DNA of 64,000 bases from an uncultured Rivularia sp. (GCA_963665115.1 OY762007.1:6240001-6304000), one strand, 5' to 3'; positions 44,344 through 54,451 are shown, counted from the first letter of the stretch. Notes: generated by a model from the letters alone, not told the origin. Numbers and translations are program-made.

Positions 44344-44684
44344 CTTCTACCTATCTTTTTTCTATTATTATTGAATAATATAATTAAACAAATAAGATGT
44401 TTGAGCAATTTTTATAATCCGCTTCGGAACCAAATCTAATCGCTAAAAAGCAGAATTATCTCCCTACCAGAAAATTAGCGAAAAAAAACTGCTTTCCGCA
44501 CCCTAAACTCTCACAAATTTTTACTGTATTTTTGTAGAATACTCCCGCTAGCTTAATACTTTGTATCCTTATCTTGATTGAGGATAAAAGTTTTTTTAGC
44601 TGAATTTATAGCTGAGAATCTATAAAAAATGAAGTAATTATGCTCTTTTCAGTGCGGAATGTGGGGCATAGAATTAATTAATTT

Positions 44685-45164
44685 TTATTTGACAACTAAC
44701 ACCGAACAACAAGCGTGGTGAATAACATAACTGCTGACACTACCTAGCAAAACTTCTGCTATCGCACTATGTCCTCTACTACCTAATACAATTAAATCAG
44801 CACCCCAAGATTGAGCAAACTCGCAGATTTTCTTCCCTGGCTCTCCAAGCTCATAGGTATATGATGCGGGAATTTTATGCATTCGTGCTTGCTGAGTGTA
44901 ATATTCCGACCATTCACTGACTTTTTGGATTTCTTGTTTTAATTCCTGTTGATAGTTTTTGTGTAAATTTCCATATATATTGATATCACCAATAGTACCA
45001 ATACCACCGATAGATGATACTTCTCGAACCATCATATTGCTATTTATACAATGCAATAATTTGATTTCGTTATCTTTTTCTTTTACTAAATCTAACGCTG
45101 TTTGAAAGACTTTTCCTGTTTGGTTAGATTTATCTAGAGCAACTAAAATCTTGCGATTAATCAT
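44685..45164 (-). CDS. Universal stress protein
   Basis: KILVALD, ADLIVLGSRG, LLGSVS. Confidence 0.92.
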   Translation of the reverse strand: MINRKILVALDKSNQTGKVFQTALDLVKEKDNEIKLLHCINSNMMVREVSSIGGIGTIGDINIYGNLHKNYQQELKQEIQKVSEWSEYYTQQARMHKIPASYTYELGEPGKKICEFAQSWGADLIVLGSRGHSAIAEVLLGSVSSYVIHHACCSVLVVK

Positions 45165-45214
45165 GATTTCTCCTCACAGTAAATATTCAATACTTTTACT
45201 TTATAGATATAATT

Positions 45215-45229
45215 TGAAGAAAATGTGAG
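45215..45229 (-). promoter_or_regulatory. Regulon box 19 (CTCACATTTTCTTCA-N11-TAAAGT), toward the USP gene
   Basis: Motif variant and spacing. Confidence 0.7.
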
Positions 45230-45248
45230 GATACAAATTCAAAGCTTC

Positions 45249-45263
45249 CTCACAAGTTCCTCA
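45249..45263 (+). promoter_or_regulatory. Regulon box 20 (CTCACAAGTTCCTCA-N11-TATAAA), toward pflA-adhE
   Basis: Consensus motif; back-to-back with box 19. Confidence 0.88.
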
Positions 45264-45334
45264 AATTATTCCCGTATAAATCAAAGTGAAGCGAATAAAA
45301 AGCTTCAATCTCTTGCGTGCTATGGGTAATAGCT

Positions 45335-46087
45335 ATGTTACATCCAGTATCTGAAGTTGCTACATTCGGTTACATCCACTCAGTTGAAACTTGTGGTACG
45401 GTGGATGGTCCTGGTATTCGTTTTATAATTTTTACTACAGGTTGTCCCCTACGTTGTTTGTATTGCAGTAATCCCGACTGTCGCTATCTGGAACATGGAA
45501 AACAGGTAACAGTTGATGAATTGATTGCTGAAATTAAAAAATATACTTCTTACATGAAAGCATCGGGTGGAGGTGTAACAATTAGCGGTGGTGAACCTTT
45601 ATTCCAACCAGAATTTGTTAGAGAAATTTTTCGACGCTGTAAAGAATTAGGAATACATACGGCTTTAGATACATCTGGATTTTGTAATTTAGAAACCGCA
45701 AAATCTGTATTAGAATTTGTAGATTTAGTATTGCTTGATATTAAATCATTTGAACCAGCTACTTACACCAAAGTCACGGGAGTTGATATCAAACCAACGC
45801 TAATTCTTGCTAAATACTTGAGTGATATTAATAAGCCAGCCTGGATTCGATTTGTATTGGTACCTGACTTAACAGATGATACGGACAATATAACCGGATT
45901 AGCCGATTTTATTTCTACCCTTAAAAATATTCAAAGAGTTGAAGTATTACCATTTCATAAAATGGGTGAATACAAATGGGAAGAACTAGGTTACGAATAC
46001 AAATTAAAAGAAACTCCAAGCCCCACCTCGGAACAGGTAGAAAAAGTATTAAATATCTTCCGCAGCAAAGGTATTTTCACTCTTTAA
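45335..46087 (+). CDS. pflA: Pyruvate formate-lyase activating enzyme (radical SAM)
   Basis: GTVDGPGIR, CPLRCLYC, SGGEP, LPFHKMG. Confidence 0.95.
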   Translation: MLHPVSEVATFGYIHSVETCGTVDGPGIRFIIFTTGCPLRCLYCSNPDCRYLEHGKQVTVDELIAEIKKYTSYMKASGGGVTISGGEPLFQPEFVREIFRRCKELGIHTALDTSGFCNLETAKSVLEFVDLVLLDIKSFEPATYTKVTGVDIKPTLILAKYLSDINKPAWIRFVLVPDLTDDTDNITGLADFISTLKNIQRVEVLPFHKMGEYKWEELGYEYKLKETPSPTSEQVEKVLNIFRSKGIFTL

Positions 46088-46131
46088 TTAAAACTTTGCC
46101 AAACTCTGCATTTCAATAAAGGAGTAAAATT

Positions 46132-48837
46132 ATGCAAGTTACCAATATTCAAGAATTAGAGTTACTAGTAGAAAACGTCAAAGCAGCACAAGAAAAATAC
46201 GCTACATATTCTCAAGAGAAAGTTGATTTTATTTTTAAACACGCAGCATTAGCAGCCAATAATCAAAGAATACCTTTAGCAAAATTGGCTGTTTCTGAAA
46301 CAGAAATGGGTATTATAGAAGATAAAGTAATTAAAAACCACTTTGCATCGGAATATATTTATAACAAATATAAGCATGAAAAAACCTGCGGTCTTATCGA
46401 AGAAGATAGAAGTTTTGGTATTCAAAAAATAGCCGAACCAGTAGGAATTATTGCTGGAATTGTTCCCGTAACTAACCCTACATCTACAACTATTTTTAAA
46501 GCATTGATAGCTCTCAAAACCCGCAATGGAATTATTCTTTCTCCCCATCCTAAAGCTAAAAAATGCACCATAGAAGCAGTAAAAATTATCTTAGAAGCAG
46601 CAGTTTCTGCTGGTGCGCCAGAAAATATTATCGGTTGGATTGACGAACCAACGGTAGAATTATCCCAAGCATTAATGCAGCATTCCGATATCAAACTAAT
46701 TTTAGCAACTGGCGGACCGGGAATGGTACATGCTGCTTATTCTTCGGGACATCCATCATTAGGTGTAGGAGCAGGAAATACTCCTGCGGTAATTGACAAA
46801 TCGGCTGATATTCAAACTGCTGTCAGTTCGATTTTGTTGAGTAAAACTTTTGATAATGGAATGATTTGTGCTTCGGAACAATCTGTAATTATTGTTGATG
46901 ATATTTACGAACAAGTTAAACAGGAATTTATGTGTCGGGGTGCATATTTTCTCAACGATACAGAAAAAAGCCAACTGGGTAATGTAATTTTAAAGGAAGG
47001 AAGATTAAATCCAGCAATTGTCGGACAGTCGGTAGAAAAGATAGCTCAATTAGCAGGATTTAAACTCAAAAGTGAAGTTTCTGGATGTGGAAAAGATACT
47101 TATTGTCCGCTACCAAGTAGCTATAAAACTTTAATTGCTGAAGTAGAAGACATTGGTAAATCAGAACCTTTTGCTTATGAAAAATTATCGCCAATTTTAG
47201 CAATGTATCGAGCAACAAACTTTCATGAAGCAGTTGCTAAAGCCGAAAGCTTGATTGAATTTGGCGGTCCCGGACATACTGCCGTATTGTATACCAATCC
47301 AGCTAATTACGATGATATTACTTATTTCGAGAATGCAATTAAAACGGGAAGAGTTTTGATAAATACACCATCTTCTCAAGGTGCAATCGGTGATTTATAT
47401 AATTTCAAATTAGACCCATCTCTAACTTTGGGTTGTGGAACTTGGGGTGGTAATACAATATCCGATAACGTCGCACCCCATCACCTACTAAATATTAAAA
47501 CAGTATCCCAGCGTCGGGAAAATATGCTGTGGTTCCGCGTTCCCCCAAAAATTTATTTTAAATCTGGTTGTTTACCTGTAGCTTTAGGAGATTTAACTGG
47601 TAAAAAACGAGCATTTATTGTTACGGATAAACCATTGTTTGATTTAGGAATTGTCGATAGTGTCACCAAGGTTTTAGAGGAAATCGGCATCAAATACGAT
47701 ATATTCCACGAGGTTGAACCAGACCCCAATTTATCTAATGTTAAACAGGGTTTAGCATTATTAAACAATTATCAACCAGATGTAATTATTGCTATTGGTG
47801 GTGGTTCACCGATGGATGCAGCTAAAGTTATGTGGTTGATGTACGAACATCCCGAGGTGGAATTTGCTGGTTTAGCAATGCGATTTATGGATATTCGTAA
47901 GCGAGTTTATGAACTACCATCCTTGGGACAAAAAGCAATGTTAGTCGCTATTCCTACGACTTCCGGTACTGGTTCGGAGGTAACGCCATTTGCAGTTGTC
48001 ACCGACGAAAAAGCAGGAGTTAAGTATCCTTTAGCAGATTATTCCCTAACACCAAATATGGCAATTGTAGACCCAGAATTGGTTTTAAATATGCCAACAA
48101 AGTTAACTGCATACGGTGGCATTGATGCTTTAACTCATGCACTAGAATCTTATGTTTCGGTAATGGCTACTGAGTTTACCGATGGATTAGCATTACAGGC
48201 AATAGATTTACTATTTAAATACTTGCCCAGAGCCTATAAAAATGGCAAAAATGACCCCGAAGCGCGGGAAAAAGTTCATTATGCAGCAACAATTGCAGGA
48301 ATGGCATTTGCTAATGCTTTCTTAGGAGTTTGTCATTCAATGGCTCATAAATTAGGAGCAACTTTTCACGTACCCCACGGCTTAGCAAATGCGCTGATGA
48401 TTTCCCATGTAATTCGTTACAATGCTACCGATATTCCTTTCAAACAAGCTATTTTTCCACAGTACAAATATCCCCACGCCAAACAGCGTTATGGTGAAAT
48501 TACAGATTTCTTGGGATTGGGTGGAAATACCCTTGATGAAAAAATTGAAAAATTAGTGGAAGCGGTAGAAAATCTCAAGCATGAAGTTGATATTCCTTTA
48601 ACGATTAAAGAAACATTGGGAGATGATGAACAAGCTTTTTATAGTAGTTTAGAAACAATGGCAGAACAAGCATTTGATGACCAATGTACCGGAGCAAATC
48701 CCCGCTATCCGTTAATTAACGATTTGAAAGAATTGTACGTTTTAGCTTATCGCGGTTGTCGTACTGATGCGGCTTTTTATCATGTAGATGAATCGGATAA
48801 TTTGCAGTTGGAAGAAGTGAGGATGGGTAATGGGTAA
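46132..48837 (+). CDS. adhE: Bifunctional acetaldehyde-CoA/alcohol dehydrogenase
   Basis: DNGMICASEQ, GCGTWG, GGGSPMD, CHSMAHK. Confidence 0.96.
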   Translation: MQVTNIQELELLVENVKAAQEKYATYSQEKVDFIFKHAALAANNQRIPLAKLAVSETEMGIIEDKVIKNHFASEYIYNKYKHEKTCGLIEEDRSFGIQKIAEPVGIIAGIVPVTNPTSTTIFKALIALKTRNGIILSPHPKAKKCTIEAVKIILEAAVSAGAPENIIGWIDEPTVELSQALMQHSDIKLILATGGPGMVHAAYSSGHPSLGVGAGNTPAVIDKSADIQTAVSSILLSKTFDNGMICASEQSVIIVDDIYEQVKQEFMCRGAYFLNDTEKSQLGNVILKEGRLNPAIVGQSVEKIAQLAGFKLKSEVSGCGKDTYCPLPSSYKTLIAEVEDIGKSEPFAYEKLSPILAMYRATNFHEAVAKAESLIEFGGPGHTAVLYTNPANYDDITYFENAIKTGRVLINTPSSQGAIGDLYNFKLDPSLTLGCGTWGGNTISDNVAPHHLLNIKTVSQRRENMLWFRVPPKIYFKSGCLPVALGDLTGKKRAFIVTDKPLFDLGIVDSVTKVLEEIGIKYDIFHEVEPDPNLSNVKQGLALLNNYQPDVIIAIGGGSPMDAAKVMWLMYEHPEVEFAGLAMRFMDIRKRVYELPSLGQKAMLVAIPTTSGTGSEVTPFAVVTDEKAGVKYPLADYSLTPNMAIVDPELVLNMPTKLTAYGGIDALTHALESYVSVMATEFTDGLALQAIDLLFKYLPRAYKNGKNDPEAREKVHYAATIAGMAFANAFLGVCHSMAHKLGATFHVPHGLANALMISHVIRYNATDIPFKQAIFPQYKYPHAKQRYGEITDFLGLGGNTLDEKIEKLVEAVENLKHEVDIPLTIKETLGDDEQAFYSSLETMAEQAFDDQCTGANPRYPLINDLKELYVLAYRGCRTDAAFYHVDESDNLQLEEVRMGNG

Positions 48838-48985
48838 TTGGTAATTGGTAATTGGTAATTGGTAATTGGTAATTGGTAGTTGGTAATTGGTAATGGGTAA
48901 TAGGTGATTGGTAATTAGTGATTATCAACTCTTAACTCCTAACTCTTAACTCCTAACTCCTAACTCCTAACTCCTAATTACTCCC
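48824..48985. repeat. STRR tracts (GGTAATT)n and (CTCCTAA)n
   Basis: Long tandem heptamer runs overlapping the adhE stop. Confidence 0.85.
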
Positions 48986-49015
48986 TACTTCCTATTTTCA
49001 AAACAGGAGTGATTT

Positions 49016-51766
49016 ATGCAACAAACAATTAAGATAGCCTCAGACCGTGCTTATGATATTCTTCGTTCCCAACATCACCCCTTAGATGCTATTTTTACAC
49101 CTAAAAACGTTGCGGTTATCGGTGCATCTGGGAAAGAAGGTAGCGTAGGACGTACTCTGTTGTGGAATCTCGTTAGCCATCCTTTTGGGGGAACGGTTTT
49201 TCCTGTTAATCCCAAACACAATAGCATTTTGGGTATCAAAGCCTACCCAAATATTGCCGCAGTTCCAGAAGTTATTGACTTAGCAATTATTGCTACTCCC
49301 GCTACAACTGTACCTAGTGTTATTGCTGAATGCGTAGATGCGGGAGTTAAAGGTGCAATTGTGGTTTCTGCTGGGTTTCGGGAAACGGGAACTACAGGAT
49401 TAGAACTAGAGCAGCAGGTGTTAGAACAAGTTCGTCGCTCTCAAATGCGGTTAATTGGTCCTAACTGTTTGGGAATTATTAATCCCCATATTGGCTTAAA
49501 TGCGAGCTTTGCTAGTGGTATGGCACTTCCTGGTAAAGTCGGATTTATCAGTCAGAGTGGGGCATTGTGTACGGCTATTTTAGATTGGAGTTTCCGCGAA
49601 AATGTCGGATTTAGTGCTTTTATTTCCATCGGTTCCATGCTCGATGTTGATTGGGGAGATTTAATTTATTACCTCGGCGACGACCCCCATACGGAAAGTA
49701 TTGTGATTTACATGGAATCTATCGGTAATGCTCGTTCTTTTCTTTCAGCTGCGCGGGAAGTTGCTTTAACCAAACCGATTATAGTCATCAAAGCCGGACG
49801 TACTGAAATTGCAGCCAAAGCCGCAACATCCCATACAGGTGCCTTAGCGGGAAGCGACGCGGTATTTGATGCAGCCTTAAGACGCTGTGGGGTATTGCGA
49901 GTTAATCGCATTTCTGAATTATTCGATATGTCAGAGGTGTTGTCAAAACAACCCCGTCCCAAAGGTAAACGAATGACAATTATTACTAATGCTGGGGGAC
50001 CTGGGGTTTTAGCTACAGATGCGTTAATTTCTGGAGGGGGAGAACTGGCTGAGTTAACCGTTGAAACTCGCGATGCTTTGGATAAATTATTACCTGCAAA
50101 TGCTAGCTGCAATAACCCAATTGATTTATTAGGAGATGCAGATTATAAGCGTTACGAAAATGCTTTAAAAATTGTCAGTCAAGATAAAAATACTGATGCA
50201 ATTTTGGTAATTTTAACACCGCAGGCAATGACAAACCCTACCAAAATAGCAGAAGTTTTAACAGCTTGTGCCAAAAGCAATAAACCAATTTTAGCAAGTT
50301 GGATGGGTAACTCAGAAATCCAAGCTGGGGCAGAAATTCTCAATCAAGCCGCAATTTCCACGTTTCCCTATCCCGATACTGCTGCCCGAATTTTTAATTA
50401 TATGTGGCGCTATAGTTATAATTTGCGTAGTTTATACGAAACTCCAGTATTAGCTAATCCAGAAGTAGATTTTTTCCATTGTAATTTAGTTGAGAAAATC
50501 ATTGAGAAGGCACGTCGCGAAACAAGATATTTATTAACAGAAATTGAATCAAAAAAAATACTTGCAGCTTATGGAATTCCAACTGTAGAAACATATCTCG
50601 CAACAACAGTAGAATCCGCTATTCAAATAGCAGATAAAATTGGTTATCCGGTAGTAATGAAAGTTTATTCATATACCATTACCCATAAATCGGATGTGAA
50701 TGGAGTGCATTTAAATTTATGTTGCGCCGATGCTGTTAGAGAAGCATATCAAGCTATTCAAACATCGGTGACACAGAAAGTTGGTAGCAGCCATTTTGCT
50801 GGGGTGACAATTCAGCCAATGGTGAATTTAAAAAACAGCTATGAATTGATATTGGGTAGTAGTATAGATGCTCAATTTGGACAAGTTTTACTATTCGGTA
50901 CGGGAGGACAACTAGTTGAGGTATTTCAAGATAGAGCATTGGGATTACCTCCACTTAATACTACCTTGGCTCGGCGAATGATGGAACAAACTCAAATTTA
51001 CAAAGCATTAAAAGGAGTTAGAGGAAGAACATCTATTTCATTAGATAAATTAGAGCAGCTTTTAGTTCGTTTTAGTCAGTTAGTTGTAGAACAACCTGGG
51101 ATTAAGGAAATTGATATTAATCCGCTTTTAGCAAAACCAGGTATTGATGATTCATTGATAGCATTAGATGGAAGAATTGTACTGCACAATTTAGATGCGA
51201 ACATCGAAAAATTACCAAAACCTGCAATTCGTCCCTATCCAATCCAATATATCTCAACTTGGAAAATGCAAAACGGGATGGAAATTACTATACGTCCGAT
51301 TCGTCCCGAAGATGAGCCGTTAATGATTCAATTTCACCATGAATTATCACAGCAAAGCGTTTATTTTCGCTACTTTCATCTGATTAAAATTAGCCGACGT
51401 ATTGCTCACGAACGTTTAACAAGATTGTGCTTTATAGATTATGACCGAGAAATGGCTTTAGTCGCCGATTATTATAATCCTCAAACTCAAAAAAATGAAA
51501 TTTTAGCTGTTGCGAGATTAAGTAAACTACACCAAACAAATCAGGCTGAGTTTGCTTTGATAGTAGCAGATAAATATCAGTGTCAAGGAATAGGAAGCGA
51601 ATTACTAAAACGATTGTTGCAAATTGGGAAAGATGAGAAATTGAGCGAAATCAATGCAGAAATTTTGTTAGAAAATCTGGGGATGCAGCGAGTTTGTGAA
51701 AAACTAGGGTTTATTATTCAGCCTACAGATGATTGTTCTGTGGTTAAAGCTGCTATTGCTTTGTAA
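49016..51766 (+). CDS. Bifunctional acetate-CoA ligase (ADP-forming type)/GNAT acetyltransferase
   Basis: [26 protein letters not shown]-grasp, C-terminal GNAT QCQGIG. Confidence 0.9.
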   Translation: MQQTIKIASDRAYDILRSQHHPLDAIFTPKNVAVIGASGKEGSVGRTLLWNLVSHPFGGTVFPVNPKHNSILGIKAYPNIAAVPEVIDLAIIATPATTVPSVIAECVDAGVKGAIVVSAGFRETGTTGLELEQQVLEQVRRSQMRLIGPNCLGIINPHIGLNASFASGMALPGKVGFISQSGALCTAILDWSFRENVGFSAFISIGSMLDVDWGDLIYYLGDDPHTESIVIYMESIGNARSFLSAAREVALTKPIIVIKAGRTEIAAKAATSHTGALAGSDAVFDAALRRCGVLRVNRISELFDMSEVLSKQPRPKGKRMTIITNAGGPGVLATDALISGGGELAELTVETRDALDKLLPANASCNNPIDLLGDADYKRYENALKIVSQDKNTDAILVILTPQAMTNPTKIAEVLTACAKSNKPILASWMGNSEIQAGAEILNQAAISTFPYPDTAARIFNYMWRYSYNLRSLYETPVLANPEVDFFHCNLVEKIIEKARRETRYLLTEIESKKILAAYGIPTVETYLATTVESAIQIADKIGYPVVMKVYSYTITHKSDVNGVHLNLCCADAVREAYQAIQTSVTQKVGSSHFAGVTIQPMVNLKNSYELILGSSIDAQFGQVLLFGTGGQLVEVFQDRALGLPPLNTTLARRMMEQTQIYKALKGVRGRTSISLDKLEQLLVRFSQLVVEQPGIKEIDINPLLAKPGIDDSLIALDGRIVLHNLDANIEKLPKPAIRPYPIQYISTWKMQNGMEITIRPIRPEDEPLMIQFHHELSQQSVYFRYFHLIKISRRIAHERLTRLCFIDYDREMALVADYYNPQTQKNEILAVARLSKLHQTNQAEFALIVADKYQCQGIGSELLKRLLQIGKDEKLSEINAEILLENLGMQRVCEKLGFIIQPTDDCSVVKAAIAL

Positions 51767-51805
51767 AAAAGTATCGTGTCATTATGCTTATCAGAATAAA
51801 ACTTC

Positions 51806-51820
51806 CTCACAAGATTCTCA
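51806..51820 (+). promoter_or_regulatory. Regulon box 21 (CTCACAAGATTCTCA-N11-TAGATT)
   Basis: Motif and spacing. Confidence 0.82.
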
Positions 51821-51883
51821 AACTTATTTTTTAGATTAATAATATACATTCCATATAAAGCATTTACATTGGAGGTAGCAAAG

Positions 51884-52003
51884 ATGGAATACTTTACACT
51901 AATACCATTTACAACAGATATTACATATCTAATTGTCAAACTCGCAGTACTGCTTGCGGTTCTATTAGTTTGGATGATAGTTATGACACATCCCGCTTAT
52001 TAA
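51884..52003 (+). CDS. Unannotated 39-aa single-TM protein (MEYFTLIPFTTDITYLIVKLAVLLAVLLVWMIVMTHPAY)
   Basis: GGAGGT RBS, directly behind box 21; homologous to 13298-13408. Confidence 0.78.
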   Translation: MEYFTLIPFTTDITYLIVKLAVLLAVLLVWMIVMTHPAY

Positions 52004-52192
52004 ATCTTCATGAATGTTGCAGCATTAATTTTGACGTGAGAAGCATCTCTAAATCATCTTTGAGAAACACAAATCAAACCAGATTGCTAGAAATAAAACG
52101 AAAAATTTGCTTGATTTATAAAGGGATAGGGAGAACTAATTCAATAATCCCTATTTTTATTTTCACTACATGTAGCTGTACCCTAAATTCTC

Positions 52193-52207
52193 CTCACAAG
52201 TTTCTCA
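52193..52207 (+). promoter_or_regulatory. Regulon box 22 (CTCACAAGTTTCTCA-N11-TACAAC)
   Basis: Consensus motif and spacing. Confidence 0.85.
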
Positions 52208-52273
52208 TCTTATTTCTATACAACATAAGTACGGGACTAATTAATTGTGTAACATTAATCCCGTCCACAGATT

Positions 52274-53048
52274 ATGGTTGTAACAAAAGATAAAAAACCG
52301 GAAAATTCTTTATTCGTACAGCCAGCAAATACCCCCAAACAAAGGGGTAGTAAAAAAGTTATTTGTTGTCACCGTTCGTCATCTCTACCACGCTTTTGGT
52401 AAAGGAGATTTATGCAAGCCTGTTTTAAGTGATGTCAATTTATACATTTACAAAGGTGAAATTGTTATTATGCGCGGACCATCGGGAAGCGGTAAAACCA
52501 CTTTATTAACGTTAATTGGTGCTTTGCGTTCAATACAGCAAGGAAGCATATGCGTATTTGGTCGAGAATTATACGGTGCGAGCAAGTTGCAGTTAGTCAA
52601 AATTCGCCAGCAAATCGGATTTATTTTTCAGTCTCATAATTTACTCGAATCACTCACAGCACAGCAAAATGTAGGAATGTCCTTACGCTTGCATGAAAAT
52701 TTGTCGATTGAGGAGCGTACCGCAAGGTCACAGGCAATATTAGCATCTGTTGGTTTAGGGGAACGCATCGATTATTACCCCGAAAAGCTTTCTGGTGGAC
52801 AAAAACAAAGAATTGCTATTGCTCGTGCATTGGTAGGTGAACCTTTACTCGTACTAGCAGATGAACCTACAGCAGCTTTAGACAGTAAATCTGGTCGAGA
52901 TGTGGTGAATATCATGCAAAAACTAGCCAAGCTACAAGGAAGCACTATTTTGCTAGTGACTCACGATAGCCGCATTTTAGATGTTGCAGATAGAATTTTA
53001 CGGATGGAAGATGGACGGGTAACTCAAGATACATTACTAAAAACTTGA
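52274..53048 (+). CDS. DevA-like ABC ATP-binding protein; N-terminus offset by a +1 frameshift near 52350-52365
   Basis: GPSGSGKTT, LSGGQKQR, ADEPT; upstream frame reads TVRHLYHAFGKG. Confidence 0.85.
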
Positions 53049-53341
53049 AATTAAATCCTTCACTTTGATAGCTTTTAGAATCGCTGTTAAAAATAATAGT
53101 CAGATTCTTGCAGTCATGCAATAAGTTATAGATGACCGACGAACTATCAATGCTTTGAGTATTTCTTGAAATTTAGATTAGGAGATGCAATTAATTATCT
53201 ACCCTTTTAATTAAAACTGCGAAAGCGGTAGAAATAGAAATCAATAAAAATTTCTCAGCTGCTGGTATTTATTATCAGCAGTTATCGTTTTACGGCTCAC
53301 GCCGACGAAAGAGTGAAGTCCGTAAAATCAAGGATTAAAAA

Positions 53342-53704
53342 ATGAAAACTCCACAAGAAATAGCCAGCGAGCTAAACCAATTTTATGGTTCAGCTACTCT
53401 CTACAAACACTGGCTCGGCTTGAAATATACTGAGGGAATCCAATACTTAGCTCAAGAAGCAAATTGCTACTGGTTATTAGATGCCATCGCTTCACATCAA
53501 ACAAAGCAATTCTTGTCTAATCCACAACTACGAGAATTTCAAATTTGGCATTTACAAGTTCAAGAAAATTCCGGTGTTTTGATATACGAGTGGGACACCA
53601 ATCAAGAAGTTTTACGCCAAGAAATCGAATATACAGATTTTCCATTGAGCCATATCAAGCTTTATTTGGTTAAAAAAGTTCTCATGCTCAATCACGAATA
53701 CTAA
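53342..53704 (+). CDS. DUF6876-like protein (plasmid/mobile-region associated)
   Basis: YTEGIQYLA..CYWLLDAIASHQ..IEYTDFP. Confidence 0.75.
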   Translation: MKTPQEIASELNQFYGSATLYKHWLGLKYTEGIQYLAQEANCYWLLDAIASHQTKQFLSNPQLREFQIWHLQVQENSGVLIYEWDTNQEVLRQEIEYTDFPLSHIKLYLVKKVLMLNHEY

Positions 53705-53740
53705 CGCGCATCACATACTTTTAAGAATTAGGAGAAAATC

Positions 53741-53953
53741 ATGATTCAGGCAATTGGTTCAGAACAGGTATTCGTCACAAATCTAGAACAATTTATGACT
53801 AAAGCCGACAAATTTATCAAAATTTACTATTCAGGTGTCAGCGATGAAAATCATCTGAGAGAAATACTGCAAGAACTGAAAAATCTAGGATTAGATACAG
53901 ATTTACAACAGTTAGAAATTGATTATCAGCATAACTGTGAAATGAAAGTATGA
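53741..53953 (+). CDS. Hypothetical protein
   Basis: AGGAG RBS, 70 aa. Confidence 0.65.
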   Translation: MIQAIGSEQVFVTNLEQFMTKADKFIKIYYSGVSDENHLREILQELKNLGLDTDLQQLEIDYQHNCEMKV

Positions 53954-54073
53954 ACAGCAGATTATCACGATTCCTCTTGGTGCTGATAACCGAAACTTAA
54001 CGTACTGAAACACTCCAACAGAAAGAGGGTTTACGCCCAATAGAGAAATGAAAATTTAGGAGATATCTGTCTT

Positions 54074-54451
54074 ATGGCTACACGTAAATCCTCTGCACCA
54101 AACTTTCAAGCAATCGATGATGGAGTTTTAGGTGAATATTCAGTTAGCGATTACTCAGAAAGACTTTATTCCAAAGTCTACTACTCAATTCGTTCTTTAT
54201 GCGGACTTCTTGCCAAAAACAGTTTCCAAGATTTCAATTGGGATGTATTTAAAGAGCGCTTCGCAACTGATTTTGGAACAGTAGAAGAAAAGCGCTATTC
54301 CCTTGAACAATTACTGGAATTCGCCAACCGTAAATTTGGCAAAACTAAGGAAGATTTAGTAGTACTCAACGAATTATCTTGGCAGCGGAGACGAGAATAT
54401 GCTGCACGAGTAAATGCAAGCGTCAATCCTCAAATGAAAGTCGAGAATTAA
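54074..54451 (+). CDS. Hypothetical protein, possibly truncated by the IS66 remnant
   Basis: AGGAG upstream; 3' end abuts the transposase fragment. Confidence 0.65.
   Translation: MATRKSSAPNFQAIDDGVLGEYSVSDYSERLYSKVYYSIRSLCGLLAKNSFQDFNWDVFKERFATDFGTVEEKRYSLEQLLEFANRKFGKTKEDLVVLNELSWQRRREYAARVNASVNPQMKVEN

Noticed and set aside
48824..48985. Long regular repeats as a possible CRISPR array, and the 48716-48928 ORF
   Set aside because: Spacer-less heptamer STRRs; the ITNYQLP ORF is just the repeat translated
2597..52207. The 22 boxes as a dispersed mobile repeat (REP/MITE)
   Set aside because: Non-palindromic, flanks mostly unrelated, located 5' of genes with fixed spacing to a -10-like hexamer
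51970..52293. 107-aa ORF from the track
   Set aside because: No RBS; overlaps the better-supported microprotein and box 22
53975..54015. CTGATAA..GAAAC resembling a hammerhead ribozyme core
   Set aside because: Core is not CUGANGA and I could not build the three stems
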